From an uncultured Clostridia bacterium (lineage in GTDB: Bacteria; Bacillota; Clostridia; TANB77; CAG-508), in the NCBI GenBank assembly GCA_944386195.1, contig CALXAD010000005.1, positions 2,446 to 66,445 on the forward strand: a DNA stretch of 64,000 bases, written 5' to 3'. The notes beneath the pieces are model-generated. The model ran no database searches, was not told the DNA's origin, and saw only the letters and a list, made by a program, of their open reading frames with translations. Numbering within the stretch: the stretch's first letter is position 1; the number at the start of each line of letters is the position of its first letter. Of this stretch, positions 1-11,656 are shown in pieces. Both the position numbers and the translations under genes were made by a program.

Positions 1-3000
1 ATCCTTCTGGATTAGAAAGTCCACCTAAGCCTAAAAATGAATTCTTATCTCCTGTAAAAGATTTTATCTTTTCACTACAAGAAAGATATATAAAATAATC
101 TTGCTCTTCTCTTTTATATAAATTCTTACTATAAACAATATTATTATTTCTATCTAAAGTAACATTTAAATATCCATTTGTTTTAACCTCATCTTCTCCA
201 AGTACTGGTTTTATATAATAATATAATTTTAATTTCTTTCTATTTGGTGTCGTATTCTTTAAATTTAAAATACTTACTTTACATGCATCTTCTTTTGGAA
301 CAAACACCTCTAATTCTTGTTCTATACCACAACTTTTGTGTAGATACTTAACATATCCAAAACCATAGATAACATTATAATTTTTATTATCTGGCATTGG
401 ATTTAAACCTAACGACCATGATTTACCATTTTCTTCTCTTAAATAAATAACTTCACTTGGTACATCTAAACTTGGATTATTATCCCAAGCTGTTACCCTA
501 TTTAATCTACTATTTTTAAACCAAGTATATCCTCCCATATTTTCAGTAACAACTGTTCCAAACTTTTCATTTGCTAGAATATTTGCCCAAACAGTAGGAA
601 GTCTATTTTCTTTATTTACTCTAATTAAATATTCTTTACCATCTTCAGAAAAACCGCCATACTCATTATAATATTTTAATTTTTCTTTATTTTCTAAAAT
701 ATCAATATCATCATTATCTTCTTCTACAGGTACAATATTTGTTTCACTATCATTTATTAATTTGTAATTATCTAAATAGTCCTCTTCTAAATCTCTTATA
801 TTATTTTCTAATCCACCTTTTTTACAATCAATAGTAACAGCTGAAATTAATTCTAATAAGCTAATATCTTTTTTATCAACTTCTCCTTTTACTAGTGTAA
901 AAATTCCACCTTTTATATTCTTCAAATATGACATATGTCTATTTAATATCTCATTTTCTATTTCTTCTCTTACATAATTTTCATAACTGTGTTTTTCTTC
1001 ATCTAATATAACTAATTCTACATCTACATTTTTAGTTCTAAAAAACTCATATGCTTTTAATACTTCTTTTATAATATAACTATCATTAACATCTTTTATT
1101 TTTACTAATATAATTGGTAAATCTCCTGATATTCCATACTTCCATAAATTACTTTGCTTATATTCTCCCAAATTCACCTTTTTTAGTCTTTCAGATTTTA
1201 CTGGATTATCAAATACAATATATGAAAGTATCTTTTGATATATTGCAATTTCTTTTCCTTTAACACCTAAATACCTACTTTCTGCTTCCACTCTTGCTTT
1301 TGATAAATCAAATTCATTTTTCACATTTTCATATACTTTATATTTTTCCAAATTCTTTTCTACTTTTTCTTCATCTTCTCCAACACTTAAAACAAAATCG
1401 ACACATACTGTTTCATTTGGCTTTATTTTTACAGTTCTCTTCATAGCAATTATGGGCTCAGTAACTAATCCTATTTTTTTTGATAATGGAATACCATTTT
1501 CTATCATTTTAGGGATTCCAAGATTTCCTCTTCCTATGAACTTTGACTCACTAATTTCATATTCTAAATCCCCAATTGTTTCACTAACTGTGGATAACCC
1601 AGCTGCTAAATACATTTCTTTTTGATTTTGTTCTCTTTTCTTTCTTTTTACAATTATACTATTTGTTTTTTCATCAAATTTTGTTATTAAAAATAAGTTA
1701 TTAAATACAGGATGTGCATAATCATCTTCTTTTTTTGATAAAACAGGTTCAAAATAAACTGTTACTTCTACTATTTCTTCATCATTTCCTTGGTTTTCTA
1801 AACTAACTCTTCTTAATTCTACTGGCTCATTTGAACTTATTGTTGTTTGTATTTTTGTTTTTATATTTCCTTCTAAAATTTCTTGCTTACATCTATCAGG
1901 CATAAAGCTTATTTGATAATTATTTTCTTTCTTTTCATTAAATGAATAGTTAGAACTCCATATTCTTTTAGTTTTAATATTTTTCATAACAAAGAATATT
2001 CCTTGGGAATAATCATCTGTTGGTTTAAAACGATTTATATAAATATCTTTATATTTGCTTATACCTTCTCCTTTTTCATTCATTGCTATTACATAATCTT
2101 CACTTGATATAACATTTCCTGTTATTAATCTTTCATCTATTTTATTATAAGTTGTTATTATATAATCTTCATAATCCTTATATTTTAGTTTTTCTACCTT
2201 TTCTTTTTTCTCTTTTGTTATAATTGCTGTTTCTGGCATCGTCTCTTGTAATAATATACTTACTGCTTGCATTTCTGGGTTTTCCATAAATCTCTTTTGT
2301 AAGATTTTATCATTAAACAAATTGTTAATTGAAAGAAGTATTAACCCTTGGTGGTGTGCCATATATGTTTTTACTACACTTGATGTTTTTCCTTTTTCCA
2401 CTCTTTCTGGTGTATAATCTATAGATTCGTAAAATCCATATTTTTGGTACATTCCTTCTTTTTCTAATCTTTTTAAATTTTCTACTTCTTCTTTTGGGCA
2501 ATCTCCTATTGCTAAAATACTTCCATAACTAGATACAACGAGTTCATCGCCTAAGCCTCTTTTTAATCCAAGCCATGGTATACCAAATGCTTTATACTGG
2601 TAGTTTGATTTTAAATCTTTTACATTAAATGCTGCTTCTGATATCCCCCATGGTATATTTAATTTTTTACTATATATTTTTTGGCTCATAATCATAAACT
2701 TACAAGATTCATCAAGAAGACTTCCTTGATATCTTGGTATATTTATATCTGGCATCAGGTATTCAAAAGCTGTTCCAGACCAAGAAATTAAACCTTTATA
2801 TTTTCCTAAAGTTGTTAAAGTTCTACTTAAACTATTCCAATGTTTTGAAGGTACATCTTTTTTAGCAATAGCAACTAGGCTAGCTTGTCTTGCTTCTGAT
2901 GCTAATAAATCATAATATGAATCTGTTAATTTATTTTCTTCTACATTAAATCCAATTGAAAATATTTGTAATTCATTATTATATAATGCTTTAAAATCTG

Positions 3001-6000
3001 TATTATTTATTAAATTATCAACTATTAATAATAAATTTTCTAATTCTTCTTTTTCTTTATTTTCTTCTTTGCTAATCATATCTTTTAAGAATGATTTTAC
3101 AACAAAAAGATATCCTACAAAATTACCACTATCTACTGTTGATATATATCTTGGAATTAATGGCTCTTTTGTTTTTATCTGATACCAATTATATAAATGC
3201 CCATTCCATTTTGGAAGACTTTCTATTACTAAAATCATTTCTTTTAATAATTCAAGTGCTCTTGTTTTATCAATATATTCTAAGTCATATGCTGAAATTA
3301 CTGCAAGAAGTGATAAACCTATATTTGTTGAAGAAGTTCTTGGAACTATTTTTTCTTTTCTATTTTCTTGATAATTATCAGTAATCAAATAATTGTTTTC
3401 CTTAGTTAAATATTCTTGGAAGAAATTCCATGTTCTTTTTCCTATTTCTTTTACATATTCTTTTTCTTCATTATTTAATTTTTCTACTTGTTTTTCTTTC
3501 TTTTTCTTTTTACTTATATAACACATAATAATAGGCGTTATAATCCAAAAGACACCTAAAATGATTGCAAAAATATTACCAGTAAATATACAAATAATTC
3601 CTAAAACAATATTTACTATCATTTGTTTTATATATGGAAATATATCTTCTTTTGCTTGTTTTTCCGCTTCTTCTGATGTCATCCACTCAAGCAAATGTTT
3701 TTTACTAAATAACATCCTATATAAACTAGTTACAATGGATTTTAATGATATATATGCTTTATAAGGAAGGCATCCAAGTGTTAGTATTCCTCTTAAGAAA
3801 CTTCCTTTTATTCCTGAAATTTTTGGTGTAAATGTTTTTTGTTTTTGTTCTCCATTTTTCTTAAATACTAAGTAATTTATAAGTTCTAATATAAAAGGAA
3901 TTAATGTAACTACTATTAAACTTAAGACTATTCCTAAAACACTTTTATTATAAATATATCCACATATTCCTGTAAAAATTAGTGAAAATATTATACTTAT
4001 TTCTAATAAACTCCTACGTATATTATCAAATATTTTATATCTAGATAATAAATTTAGTTTTTTCTTAGGAGATAGCCAACCCATAATTTGTATATCTCCT
4101 CTTATCCATCTAGAAAGTCTATTCATGAAACTATTGTATTTAGTTGGATATCCATCCATTAACATTATATCTGAAACTAAACCACACCTTAAATAACATC
4201 CTTCTAATAAATCATGACTTAATACTTTATTTTCTGGTATTACATCTTTTAATACTTTAGAATAAACTTTTAAATCATATATTCCTTTCCCTGTAAAAAT
4301 TCCCTCTTTAAAATTATCTTGATATAAATCAGAAATTGCATTTGTGTATGAATCAATTCCACCTGCTCCTGCAAATATTTTAGTAAATAAATTATAATTA
4401 CTTATATTTAAGTTTATACCAACTCTTGGTTGCATAATTCCATATCCATTTGTTACTATATTTTTCTTTTCATCTATTTGTGGTCTATTTAAAATATGTG
4501 CCATTGCCCCTACTAATTGAAATGCACATTCTAAACTTAAATCTGTATCTGAATCTAATGTTATTACATATTTTATATTTCTCAATTCTTTTTTTATTTC
4601 TTCTTTATTTTCATATTCTTCTATTGTATTTTCTCTAAATGGATTATCTATATTTCCAAGCAAATACTCATTAAATTTTAAAAGCATTCCTCTTTTTCTT
4701 TCCCAACCTAAATATGAGCCTTCTTTTTCGTTCCATTGTCTTTTTCTATATATAAAATTAAAAATTGGAATTTCACTATTACTTTTATATTTTTCATTTA
4801 AAATTTTTTCTTGCCTTTTTCCTTCTTTTATTACTTCTTTATCAAATTCTTCTTCCTGCTTATTGCTTTCTGTACAATCTCCTAATAAGCAAAAATATAT
4901 ATTATCTGATTTATTTGCTAAATAAAATACTTCTAATTTTTTCATTAATTCTTCTGCTTTTTCTTTTGTTTTTACTATTGTTGGTATAACAACCATTGTG
5001 CTATTTTCTTTATTTATTCCGTTTTGAAAAATCTAGTTTTGGTATTAATTTAGGTTTTACAATTTTACTTAATATATAAGATATAACTTGATTTACAACC
5101 TCTGTTGCTGGCACAAAAAATAAAATCCAAGAAATTATTAAAACAGCTAAATTGTTTATATTATTATTTAAAAGACTAGCTAAATAAAATGAAAGTATTA
5201 AACTAAATATAATTATTGTTGATATATAAATTTTTGTTTTTTCCTTTATATTTATAGGCTTTCGAATTTTATATTTTAACTCTTTATATAAATCTTCTAT
5301 ACCTTCATCTATTAAATAATATCCTATATGAGATTTCTTTCCTTTTCCTTCATTTTTATTTGCTATCTCTAATAATTTTCTTGTTATATATATTTCTGAG
5401 ATTTTTGTTTTTTTAGATATTTCTTTTATTTTATTTCTGTAATATTCTTTTGTTTTTATATCCATTTTTTCATAAACAGAACTTGGGTCTTGTTTTAATA
5501 ATTCTTCTACCCCATTTATTTTTTCGAATATTTCTAAGAAATTTATTCTTTGAATCTTTTTTATACTTGTTATACTATTCCCTATTGAAACTTTTCTTAC
5601 TGCTATATCAAAATGTTCCTTTTTTATTATTTCTGATACATTTGTTCCTGTAAGTTCAACTATTTCTTCTAATGCTTTTAAATAACTATATCCTTTTTTA
5701 CCATATCTTTTTAATATATATGACATATATTCTACAAATGAATATTGCATATCATTTAATACATTTTTTTCTATTTTCTTTATATTATTATTTTTAAATA
5801 CTTGTTCTTGTTTATTTTTGTTTTCTACTAATCTTTCTACTATATTTTCTGCTTTATATTTTTCCATTTGTGATATATATATTTTTTCACAAACTTCTCT
5901 TATATTTTCTATAATTGCAATTTCAAGAAATATTCCTATATTCCATATTTCTTCCATGCTTAATGTCTTTTTTGTTTGGTAACTTGCAAGATAACTTTCT

Positions 6001-6410
6001 AAATCTTTTCTTTCTATTCTATTATCTGTATATGCAGCTATTTCTGAAGCTAACACGTATATTCTTGCAAACCCTTTATATTGTCCATTTGCTATTCCTA
6101 AAAAACTTGTATATTTTTTTAATGTTAATTCTTTTTCTATTTGTTTTACACATTCTTCTATGACATATAAATTATCAAGCAACCATTCTCCTGCTGGATG
6201 TATACTTATTCCTAGTTTTAAATGTTCATTTAATAAATTATATACATCTTGTATTACTTTAAAACTTTCTAGCATATGTGGTACAGGATAAGTATTTTTT
6301 TGTGATTTTCCTACTAAATTATGATTACTTGCTATTTTTTCTAAATACTTTTCTAGTTGGTATTTGTCTAAAGGTGTTCCATTTATTTTTAATATTTTAT
6401 TTGTTTTCAA
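1..6410 (-). CDS. Cyclic beta-1,2-glucan synthase/phosphorylase-like protein (Cgs/NdvB family, GT84 + GH94-type domains); 3'-partial; +1 frameshift at 5019-5021
   Basis: ORF 6410-5010 has PAGEWLLDN and RIYVLA motifs. The +1 frame from 5020 continues GINKENSTMVVIP ... GWERKRG ... ITLDSDT ... SHDLLEG ... RWIRGD ... YDLLASEAR ... SWSGTAFEYLMP ... PWGISE. The same frame is still coding at position 1 (FTGDKNSFLGLGGLSNPEG). Confidence 0.85.
5018..5024 (-). other. Putative +1 frameshift site AAA-CGG-A in the cgs-like gene
   Basis: Minus strand reads TCA AAA CGG AAT AAA TAA in frame 0. Skipping one base gives AAA GGA ATA AAT AAA GAA AAT AGC ACA ATG GTT GTT ATA CCA. Confidence 0.75.
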
Positions 6411-6531
6411 AAAAATTCCACTCCTTGTAAATTATGTTGTTTTACACATATTGTTTACAAAGAGTGGTAATTTTATGCATTTTGTGAATTATCTTATTTA
6501 ATCATTTTTTATTTTTGTAATTTTTCATTTT

Positions 6532-6560
6532 TTGCAATTTTATGTAAATAATGTTATAAT
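6532..6560 (+). promoter_or_regulatory. Sigma-A type promoter of the orphan gene at 6614
   Basis: TTGCAA-17 nt-TATAAT with TG extension. Confidence 0.6.
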
Positions 6561-6613
6561 ATATTTATACTGCAAATTGCAGTGTAAATTGTATTTTGAT
6601 TGAAAGGATTAAA

Positions 6614-6901
6614 ATGGTAAATATTCCAGATGAAGGAATCTTTATTGATAACTTCACCAAAGGAAAAACCACTGTAATTCCAGATGACGAATCTGCTCCA
6701 TCGAAAATAGCAGAAATTCTGGAAGCTATTGAGGAAGGGAAAATTAAGCCTGAACTGAAAGGCTTCATGCCATTTGTAGACTCTCCATCCGCAGTATGCA
6801 TGAGACCAATCTACGCTGTTCCTAATGTGCTGGTTTCAGTCGAAGGAAACTTAACTCCGATGATTATCACCGGTACCACCGAGGTTGGTGCAAAATATTA
6901 A
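6614..6901 (+). CDS. Hypothetical protein (95 aa)
   Basis: ORF with AAAGGA RBS before ATG 6614, its own promoter and a downstream hairpin. No recognisable family. Confidence 0.6.
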   Translation: MVNIPDEGIFIDNFTKGKTTVIPDDESAPSKIAEILEAIEEGKIKPELKGFMPFVDSPSAVCMRPIYAVPNVLVSVEGNLTPMIITGTTEVGAKY

Positions 6902-6937
6902 TCTCGATTAGGAACTTCTCCCTCTCTTTCTTTCAAC

Positions 6938-6969
6938 AAAGAGCTCACTTAATTAAGAGAGCTCTTTTT
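6938..6969. terminator. Bidirectional intrinsic terminator
   Basis: AAGAGCTC...GAGCTCTT stem with T-run, between convergent genes. Confidence 0.7.
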
Positions 6970-6970
6970 A

Positions 6971-7879
6971 TTATCTTTGTTCATCATCTTTTTCATTATT
7001 TATATCTTTTACTTTTGTCATATCTATTGAAATATTTCCTCTATCATCTATTTGCATTTCTCCTGCTGCAAATTGTGATGTTTTTTCTAATTCTTCTTGT
7101 GACCTATCTATTACTTCATCTCTATCAAAATTTTCAGCTTGAATACCATATGCAAAGTCTTGCATATCAGCAATTCCTCTGATATATTCTGACATTTCTC
7201 GTGAAATTTTATTACTTCCTCCCAAAACATTATCTAGTAAATCTCTTGAAGAATATATTGTTGTTCTGTAATCTTCATCTGTTACTTTTATAGTCTCATG
7301 TAATTCTTCTGGATTATTTACAGTAGCACTTATTTTAACTTTTTCTGGGGATACTCCTAATAAATTTCCAACTTTACTTTTTATAATATTTAATTGAAGT
7401 CCATCTATGTTTGTTGCTATATCAAGTAATTCTTGATTTGATATATCATCATTTTGAAGTGCCTCTTGATAATTTTGTAATGTTTGTAAATCTTGTTCAT
7501 TTATTCCTAATGATTTAGCTGTATCTCCACTTTGCATAGCTTGGCTTATTGTTATTGGTTGATTTTCTGGTCTACTATTTTGATATGCATTATTTGCACC
7601 AATTCCAATAGCAAGTGTTCCTGCTGCTATTGCTGCTACAAGTACTCCTATCATCTTTTTTCTTGAACCTGTAAATTTTTGTTTTTGTTGTACTTTAGGT
7701 TTATTTATTACTGTTTTTTTACCTGTTTTTACATTTCTATTACTTACTTTTTGACTGTTTGTTTTATATTTCATACTTTCCCTTTGTGCTGCTCTTAACA
7801 TTCTTCCTTTACTATTTATAGCTGGATATGCATAAGCCTCCATAAATTTATTTCTTTTACTATCAAACGTTTCTCCCAT
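6971..7879 (-). CDS. Hypothetical membrane-anchored protein
   Basis: 302 aa ORF, GGAGGAG RBS, basic N-terminus then one hydrophobic segment (IGVLVAAIAAGTLAIGIGA). Confidence 0.7.
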   Translation of the reverse strand: MGETFDSKRNKFMEAYAYPAINSKGRMLRAAQRESMKYKTNSQKVSNRNVKTGKKTVINKPKVQQKQKFTGSRKKMIGVLVAAIAAGTLAIGIGANNAYQNSRPENQPITISQAMQSGDTAKSLGINEQDLQTLQNYQEALQNDDISNQELLDIATNIDGLQLNIIKSKVGNLLGVSPEKVKISATVNNPEELHETIKVTDEDYRTTIYSSRDLLDNVLGGSNKISREMSEYIRGIADMQDFAYGIQAENFDRDEVIDRSQEELEKTSQFAAGEMQIDDRGNISIDMTKVKDINNEKDDEQR

Positions 7880-7966
7880 ACTTGCTCCTCCTTGGTTTCT
7901 TTCCTACTCTTTTATTATAACATTAAGAAAATATAAAAGTAAAGATTTATCTTATAAAATTTATTT

Positions 7967-8707
7967 TTAATTATTATAGAAATAATCCATTATTCCATTA
8001 TATATTCCCCAAGCTAGTCTTTCTTGATAACTATCTTCTTGTAACTCCTTCTCTTCTTGCGGATTAGATAAGAATCCACATTCCACGATACTAATTGGAA
8101 TTTCTACATTTTTCATTAAATATACTGTATCTAATTTCATTGCAACTCTATCATTTTCTTTTTGAATTGATTCATTTAAATTTTCTTGTAAACTTTTTGC
8201 TAAATCAGTACTTTTTTCATTTTTAGTATTATAGAAACATTGCCAACCATAATATTGTGATTGTGGAATTTTATTTAGATGAACTGAGACAAATATATCT
8301 GCAGAAGATTCGTTTCCTATTTTTACTCTATTTTTTATATCAGATACTTTCTTTTGTCTTAACGTTTTACTATCTAAATCATATATTGCCTCATCATCTG
8401 AACGTGTTAATAAAACATTACATCCACTTTGTTCTAATAATTTTTGTGTTTTTAATACTATTTTCAAATTAATTTCTTCTTCTGTTGTACCATTTTTACT
8501 TTCTGCTCCTGCATCTGGTAATCCATGCCCTGCATCTAGTATAACAGTTTTTCCTGATACAGGTGTTGCTGTTACTTCTGATGTTTTATTATTTGTATCT
8601 AGTTCATTTTCTTCTTTGGCTATATGTACAGAAAATACAAATAAGGAAATTAAAATACAAGATAGTATAATTTTTATTCTTTTTTGGCTTATTATTACCA
8701 TAAACAT
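7967..8707 (-). CDS. cwlD: N-acetylmuramoyl-L-alanine amidase (Amidase_3, CwlD-like)
   Basis: VILDAGHG, EEEINL, FVSVHLN and IVECGFLSN motifs; N-terminal membrane segment. Confidence 0.8.
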   Translation of the reverse strand: MFMVIISQKRIKIILSCILISLFVFSVHIAKEENELDTNNKTSEVTATPVSGKTVILDAGHGLPDAGAESKNGTTEEEINLKIVLKTQKLLEQSGCNVLLTRSDDEAIYDLDSKTLRQKKVSDIKNRVKIGNESSADIFVSVHLNKIPQSQYYGWQCFYNTKNEKSTDLAKSLQENLNESIQKENDRVAMKLDTVYLMKNVEIPISIVECGFLSNPQEEKELQEDSYQERLAWGIYNGIMDYFYNN

Positions 8708-8783
8708 AACCCCTATATAAATAGTTTATTATATTTATTATATTAAGCCTTTTCTAATTCTATTCCTATTATTTTGTTTTACT

Positions 8784-9178
8784 TTATAGTTTTATACACT
8801 TTTCATAATCCTCTTTATTAAAATCAATTGTTGGAACTATTATATCTTTAAAATCTTTTGCATTATCATCTCTTAAAGTTTTGTAAAAATTAGCTTCGTT
8901 TTTCTTAAAATTTAATCCTAGTTCTTCTTTTAATTCTCTTAATATTGCTTGTAAAGTATTTTCACCTTTAATACAAGACCCACATGTACATTCCCACATT
9001 AAAGGATATTTTTGTTTAGTACTTGCTCTTTTTGTTAGTAAGATTTCATTTCTTGAATTTATTATTATAGCTTCTGTTCCTAAATGATATTCTCCTGTAC
9101 TTAATCTATCATTGCTATGTCTGTCAATCACTTTTCCTGTTTTATTCCTATTGATATCATATACATCCATAGTTCCAT
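8784..9178 (-). pseudogene. Degenerate duplicate of the NUDIX gene at 10560-11069
   Basis: Near-identical DNA to 10560-11069. ATG GAA CTA TGG is followed by a 1-bp G deletion, and 114 bp (38 codons) are deleted between KDFKD and IVxTIDF. Confidence 0.85.
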
Positions 9179-9354
9179 ATACACCTCCTGTCTTTGTATT
9201 AACATATATTCCGTTTAGGCTCAATAGGTGTACGAAAATTTATACACAAAATGAAAAAATAACTCTAAATGAAAACTTTTATATTTGTCTAAAATCTACA
9301 TTTGGAGCATACATTAAAAAATAAACATACACTATAATATGTATGCTTATTTTT

Positions 9355-9669
9355 TTATAACTTGTTTTTCCAGTCCGTTCCATTATATAAAATTCTTTCT
9401 ACATTTACTATTTTTTCATCTTCATTAATTCTATAAAATGCAATGTAGTTCTTTATGATTAGCTTTCTAAAATTATATTTTTTTATAATATCATAATCAA
9501 TAACTGCAAATTTTTGTGGCTGATATGCTAAATTATTAAGTTCGTTTCTTATTAACTTTGCATATTTTTCAGCGATAGTAGGTTCTAATAATTGATATTT
9601 TATATATCTAATAATGCCTTTATAATCATTTTTTGCCTGATTAGATAATTGTACTTTGTATTTTTTCAA
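9355..9669 (-). CDS. Type II toxin, RelE/ParE family
   Basis: YKVQLSNQAKNDYKGIIRYI ... RKLIIKNYIAFYRI ... VNVERILY pattern; lies downstream of a small acidic gene. Confidence 0.85.
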   Translation of the reverse strand: MKKYKVQLSNQAKNDYKGIIRYIKYQLLEPTIAEKYAKLIRNELNNLAYQPQKFAVIDYDIIKKYNFRKLIIKNYIAFYRINEDEKIVNVERILYNGTDWKNKL

Positions 9670-9685
9670 TTACAAACCCTCCATT

Positions 9686-9937
9686 TTAGTTTGCTAAAAT
9701 TTCTTTTACTTCATCAAATGCCTCTTCTACAGTACATACTTTTCCGTTTTCAGTATCTTCCATACCTTTTTTTAATTTATTCAATAAATCTTTATCATCC
9801 TTTATAACTAAATCATCAGGAGCATTATTTGTTATATAAGAAAATTTAAGATATTCTATATAATCTACAACTTTATTTGATAATTCTTCTGGTAGACTTT
9901 CAATTACATTATATAGTTCTTTTTGTTTCATTGTCAT
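9686..9937 (-). CDS. Putative antitoxin (DUF2281-like)
   Basis: 83 aa acidic ORF directly upstream of the toxin; IESLPEE...VVDYIEYL and GMEDTENGKV...EEAF patterns. Confidence 0.75.
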   Translation of the reverse strand: MTMKQKELYNVIESLPEELSNKVVDYIEYLKFSYITNNAPDDLVIKDDKDLLNKLKKGMEDTENGKVCTVEEAFDEVKEILAN

Positions 9938-10101
9938 AATTCTTCATCTCCTTTTTGTATTTATATTATTTATTATACCACAATTTTATTCAAAATTGTT
10001 AGATATTTTCATTTTTATTTTTTAATTTTAGGTATATAAGATATAGGAGAAAATAAAGCATCATAGCAAAGTTCTTCATCTTCTTTTATTTCTTCCCAAG
10101 T

Positions 10102-10554
10102 TCAAAATCTTTTATAATGAACACTTGTATATGTCCTATAAGTGTCATCAGGATTAACTATATAAATAGCATATACTGTCATACTTGACTCTCTATCTAG
10201 CATAGTATCACCATTGCCATTTATATGGTTGTATTTAAAAGATACTTCAAAAGCAAATCTACCTTGTCCATATTTTTCTAAAATTTTAGATTTTATTATA
10301 CTTGTTATTTTTCCAATGCCATTAAATGAACCATATTGACTACAATATCCTCTCACAACATCTTCTCCATATAAGCTATTTTCATATCTAGTACTATTAT
10401 ATAGTTGTTCTGGTGTTTGATTTTCTAATTGTAAAACAGCTGTATTACTTGTTTTTGAGTTAAGATTTTCACCAATAAAAGCAACAGCAAAAAGAATAAT
10501 TGCTAAGATAGCTCCATATTTTAAAAATTTCTTGATTCTTATATAAAATTTATC
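10102..10554 (-). pseudogene. 5'-truncated membrane-anchored hypothetical gene
   Basis: The frame of ORF 10102-10356 stays open up to 10554 (DKFYIRIKKFLKYGAILAIILFAVAFIGEN...) with no start codon or RBS. It is cut exactly at the end of the duplicated NUDIX segment. Confidence 0.6.
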
Positions 10555-10559
10555 TTACT

Positions 10560-11069
10560 TTATAGTTTTATACATTTTTCATAATCTTCTTTATTAAAAT
10601 CAATTGTTGAAACTATTATATTTTCACTTTTCATCTTCTCAAACTCTTCTATAGTAACCCATCTACAATCAATTACTTCTTTATCAGTAAAACTTATATC
10701 TTTATATTCTATATCTTTCTTAAAAATATAAATATCCTTAAAGTCTTTTGCATTATCATCTCTTAATGTTTTATAAAAATTAGCTTCGTTTTCCCTAAAA
10801 TTTAATCCTAGTTCTTCTTTTAATTCTCTTAATATTGCTTGTAAAGTATTTTCCCCTTTAATACAAGACCCACATGTACATTCCCACATTAAAGGATATT
10901 CTTGTTTAGTACTTGCTCTTTTTGTTAGTAAAATTTCATTTCTTGAATTTATTATTATAGCTTCTGTTACTAAATGATATTCTCCTGCACTTAATCTATC
11001 ATTGCTATGTCTGTCAATCACTTTTCCTGTTTTATTCCTATTGATATCATATACATCCCATAGTTCCAT
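10560..11069 (-). CDS. NUDIX hydrolase
   Basis: Nudix box GSCIKGENTLQAILRELKEELGL; MELWDVYD N-terminus; AGGAGG RBS. Confidence 0.9.
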   Translation of the reverse strand: MELWDVYDINRNKTGKVIDRHSNDRLSAGEYHLVTEAIIINSRNEILLTKRASTKQEYPLMWECTCGSCIKGENTLQAILRELKEELGLNFRENEANFYKTLRDDNAKDFKDIYIFKKDIEYKDISFTDKEVIDCRWVTIEEFEKMKSENIIVSTIDFNKEDYEKCIKL

Positions 11070-11079
11070 ATATATCCTC

Positions 11080-11574
11080 CTATTTAGTTAATTCCACATT
11101 TTCTTTAAAATCATCATTAATCATATGTACTGGGAAATCTTTCATTTTTAATGTTTCTTTCAAGCATATTGGTAATAGATTACATTCATCTAATTTATCT
11201 AAATCTACCCATTCATATTGTAAGTAATCTTTCCCCTCTATATTTTTAATTGTATAATCTATTTTTTTATCTTCTTCGTTTGTAAATTCTATTTGGTATA
11301 AGAAAAATAGTTCATGATATTTTTTGCCGTGTAATTCAAAGAAGTTCTCTATTGTTGCTAAATATCTTTTTACTTCTACTTCTTTTCCCATCTCTTCTTT
11401 TATTTCTCTTTTTATTGTTTCTTTCGAATTTTCTCCTATTTCAATTCTTCCTCCAGGTATGCAACAATGGTCTTCATTTACATCCTTATGTATTAATATT
11501 TTATTATTATGTATAATTACTCCAGCAGCTCTTATGTTTAATTTGTAGTCCCCTACATCTAAACTTAAATCCAT
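11080..11574 (-). CDS. NUDIX hydrolase
   Basis: Nudix box PGGRIEIGENSKETIKREIKEEMG. Confidence 0.9.
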   Translation of the reverse strand: MDLSLDVGDYKLNIRAAGVIIHNNKILIHKDVNEDHCCIPGGRIEIGENSKETIKREIKEEMGKEVEVKRYLATIENFFELHGKKYHELFFLYQIEFTNEEDKKIDYTIKNIEGKDYLQYEWVDLDKLDECNLLPICLKETLKMKDFPVHMINDDFKENVELTK

Positions 11575-11656
11575 TTTTCTTTACCTCCTCTATTTTTTTA
11601 TTCTATCATTTTTTATTATTTTCTTCAACAAAAATACACACTTAAAGTGTGCATTT

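Noticed and set aside
9179-9224. N-terminal extension MSLNGIYVNTKTGGVYG of ORF 8784-9224
   Set aside because: It arises from the 1-bp deletion. The true start is ATG 9178 after CAGGAGG, matching the intact paralogue.
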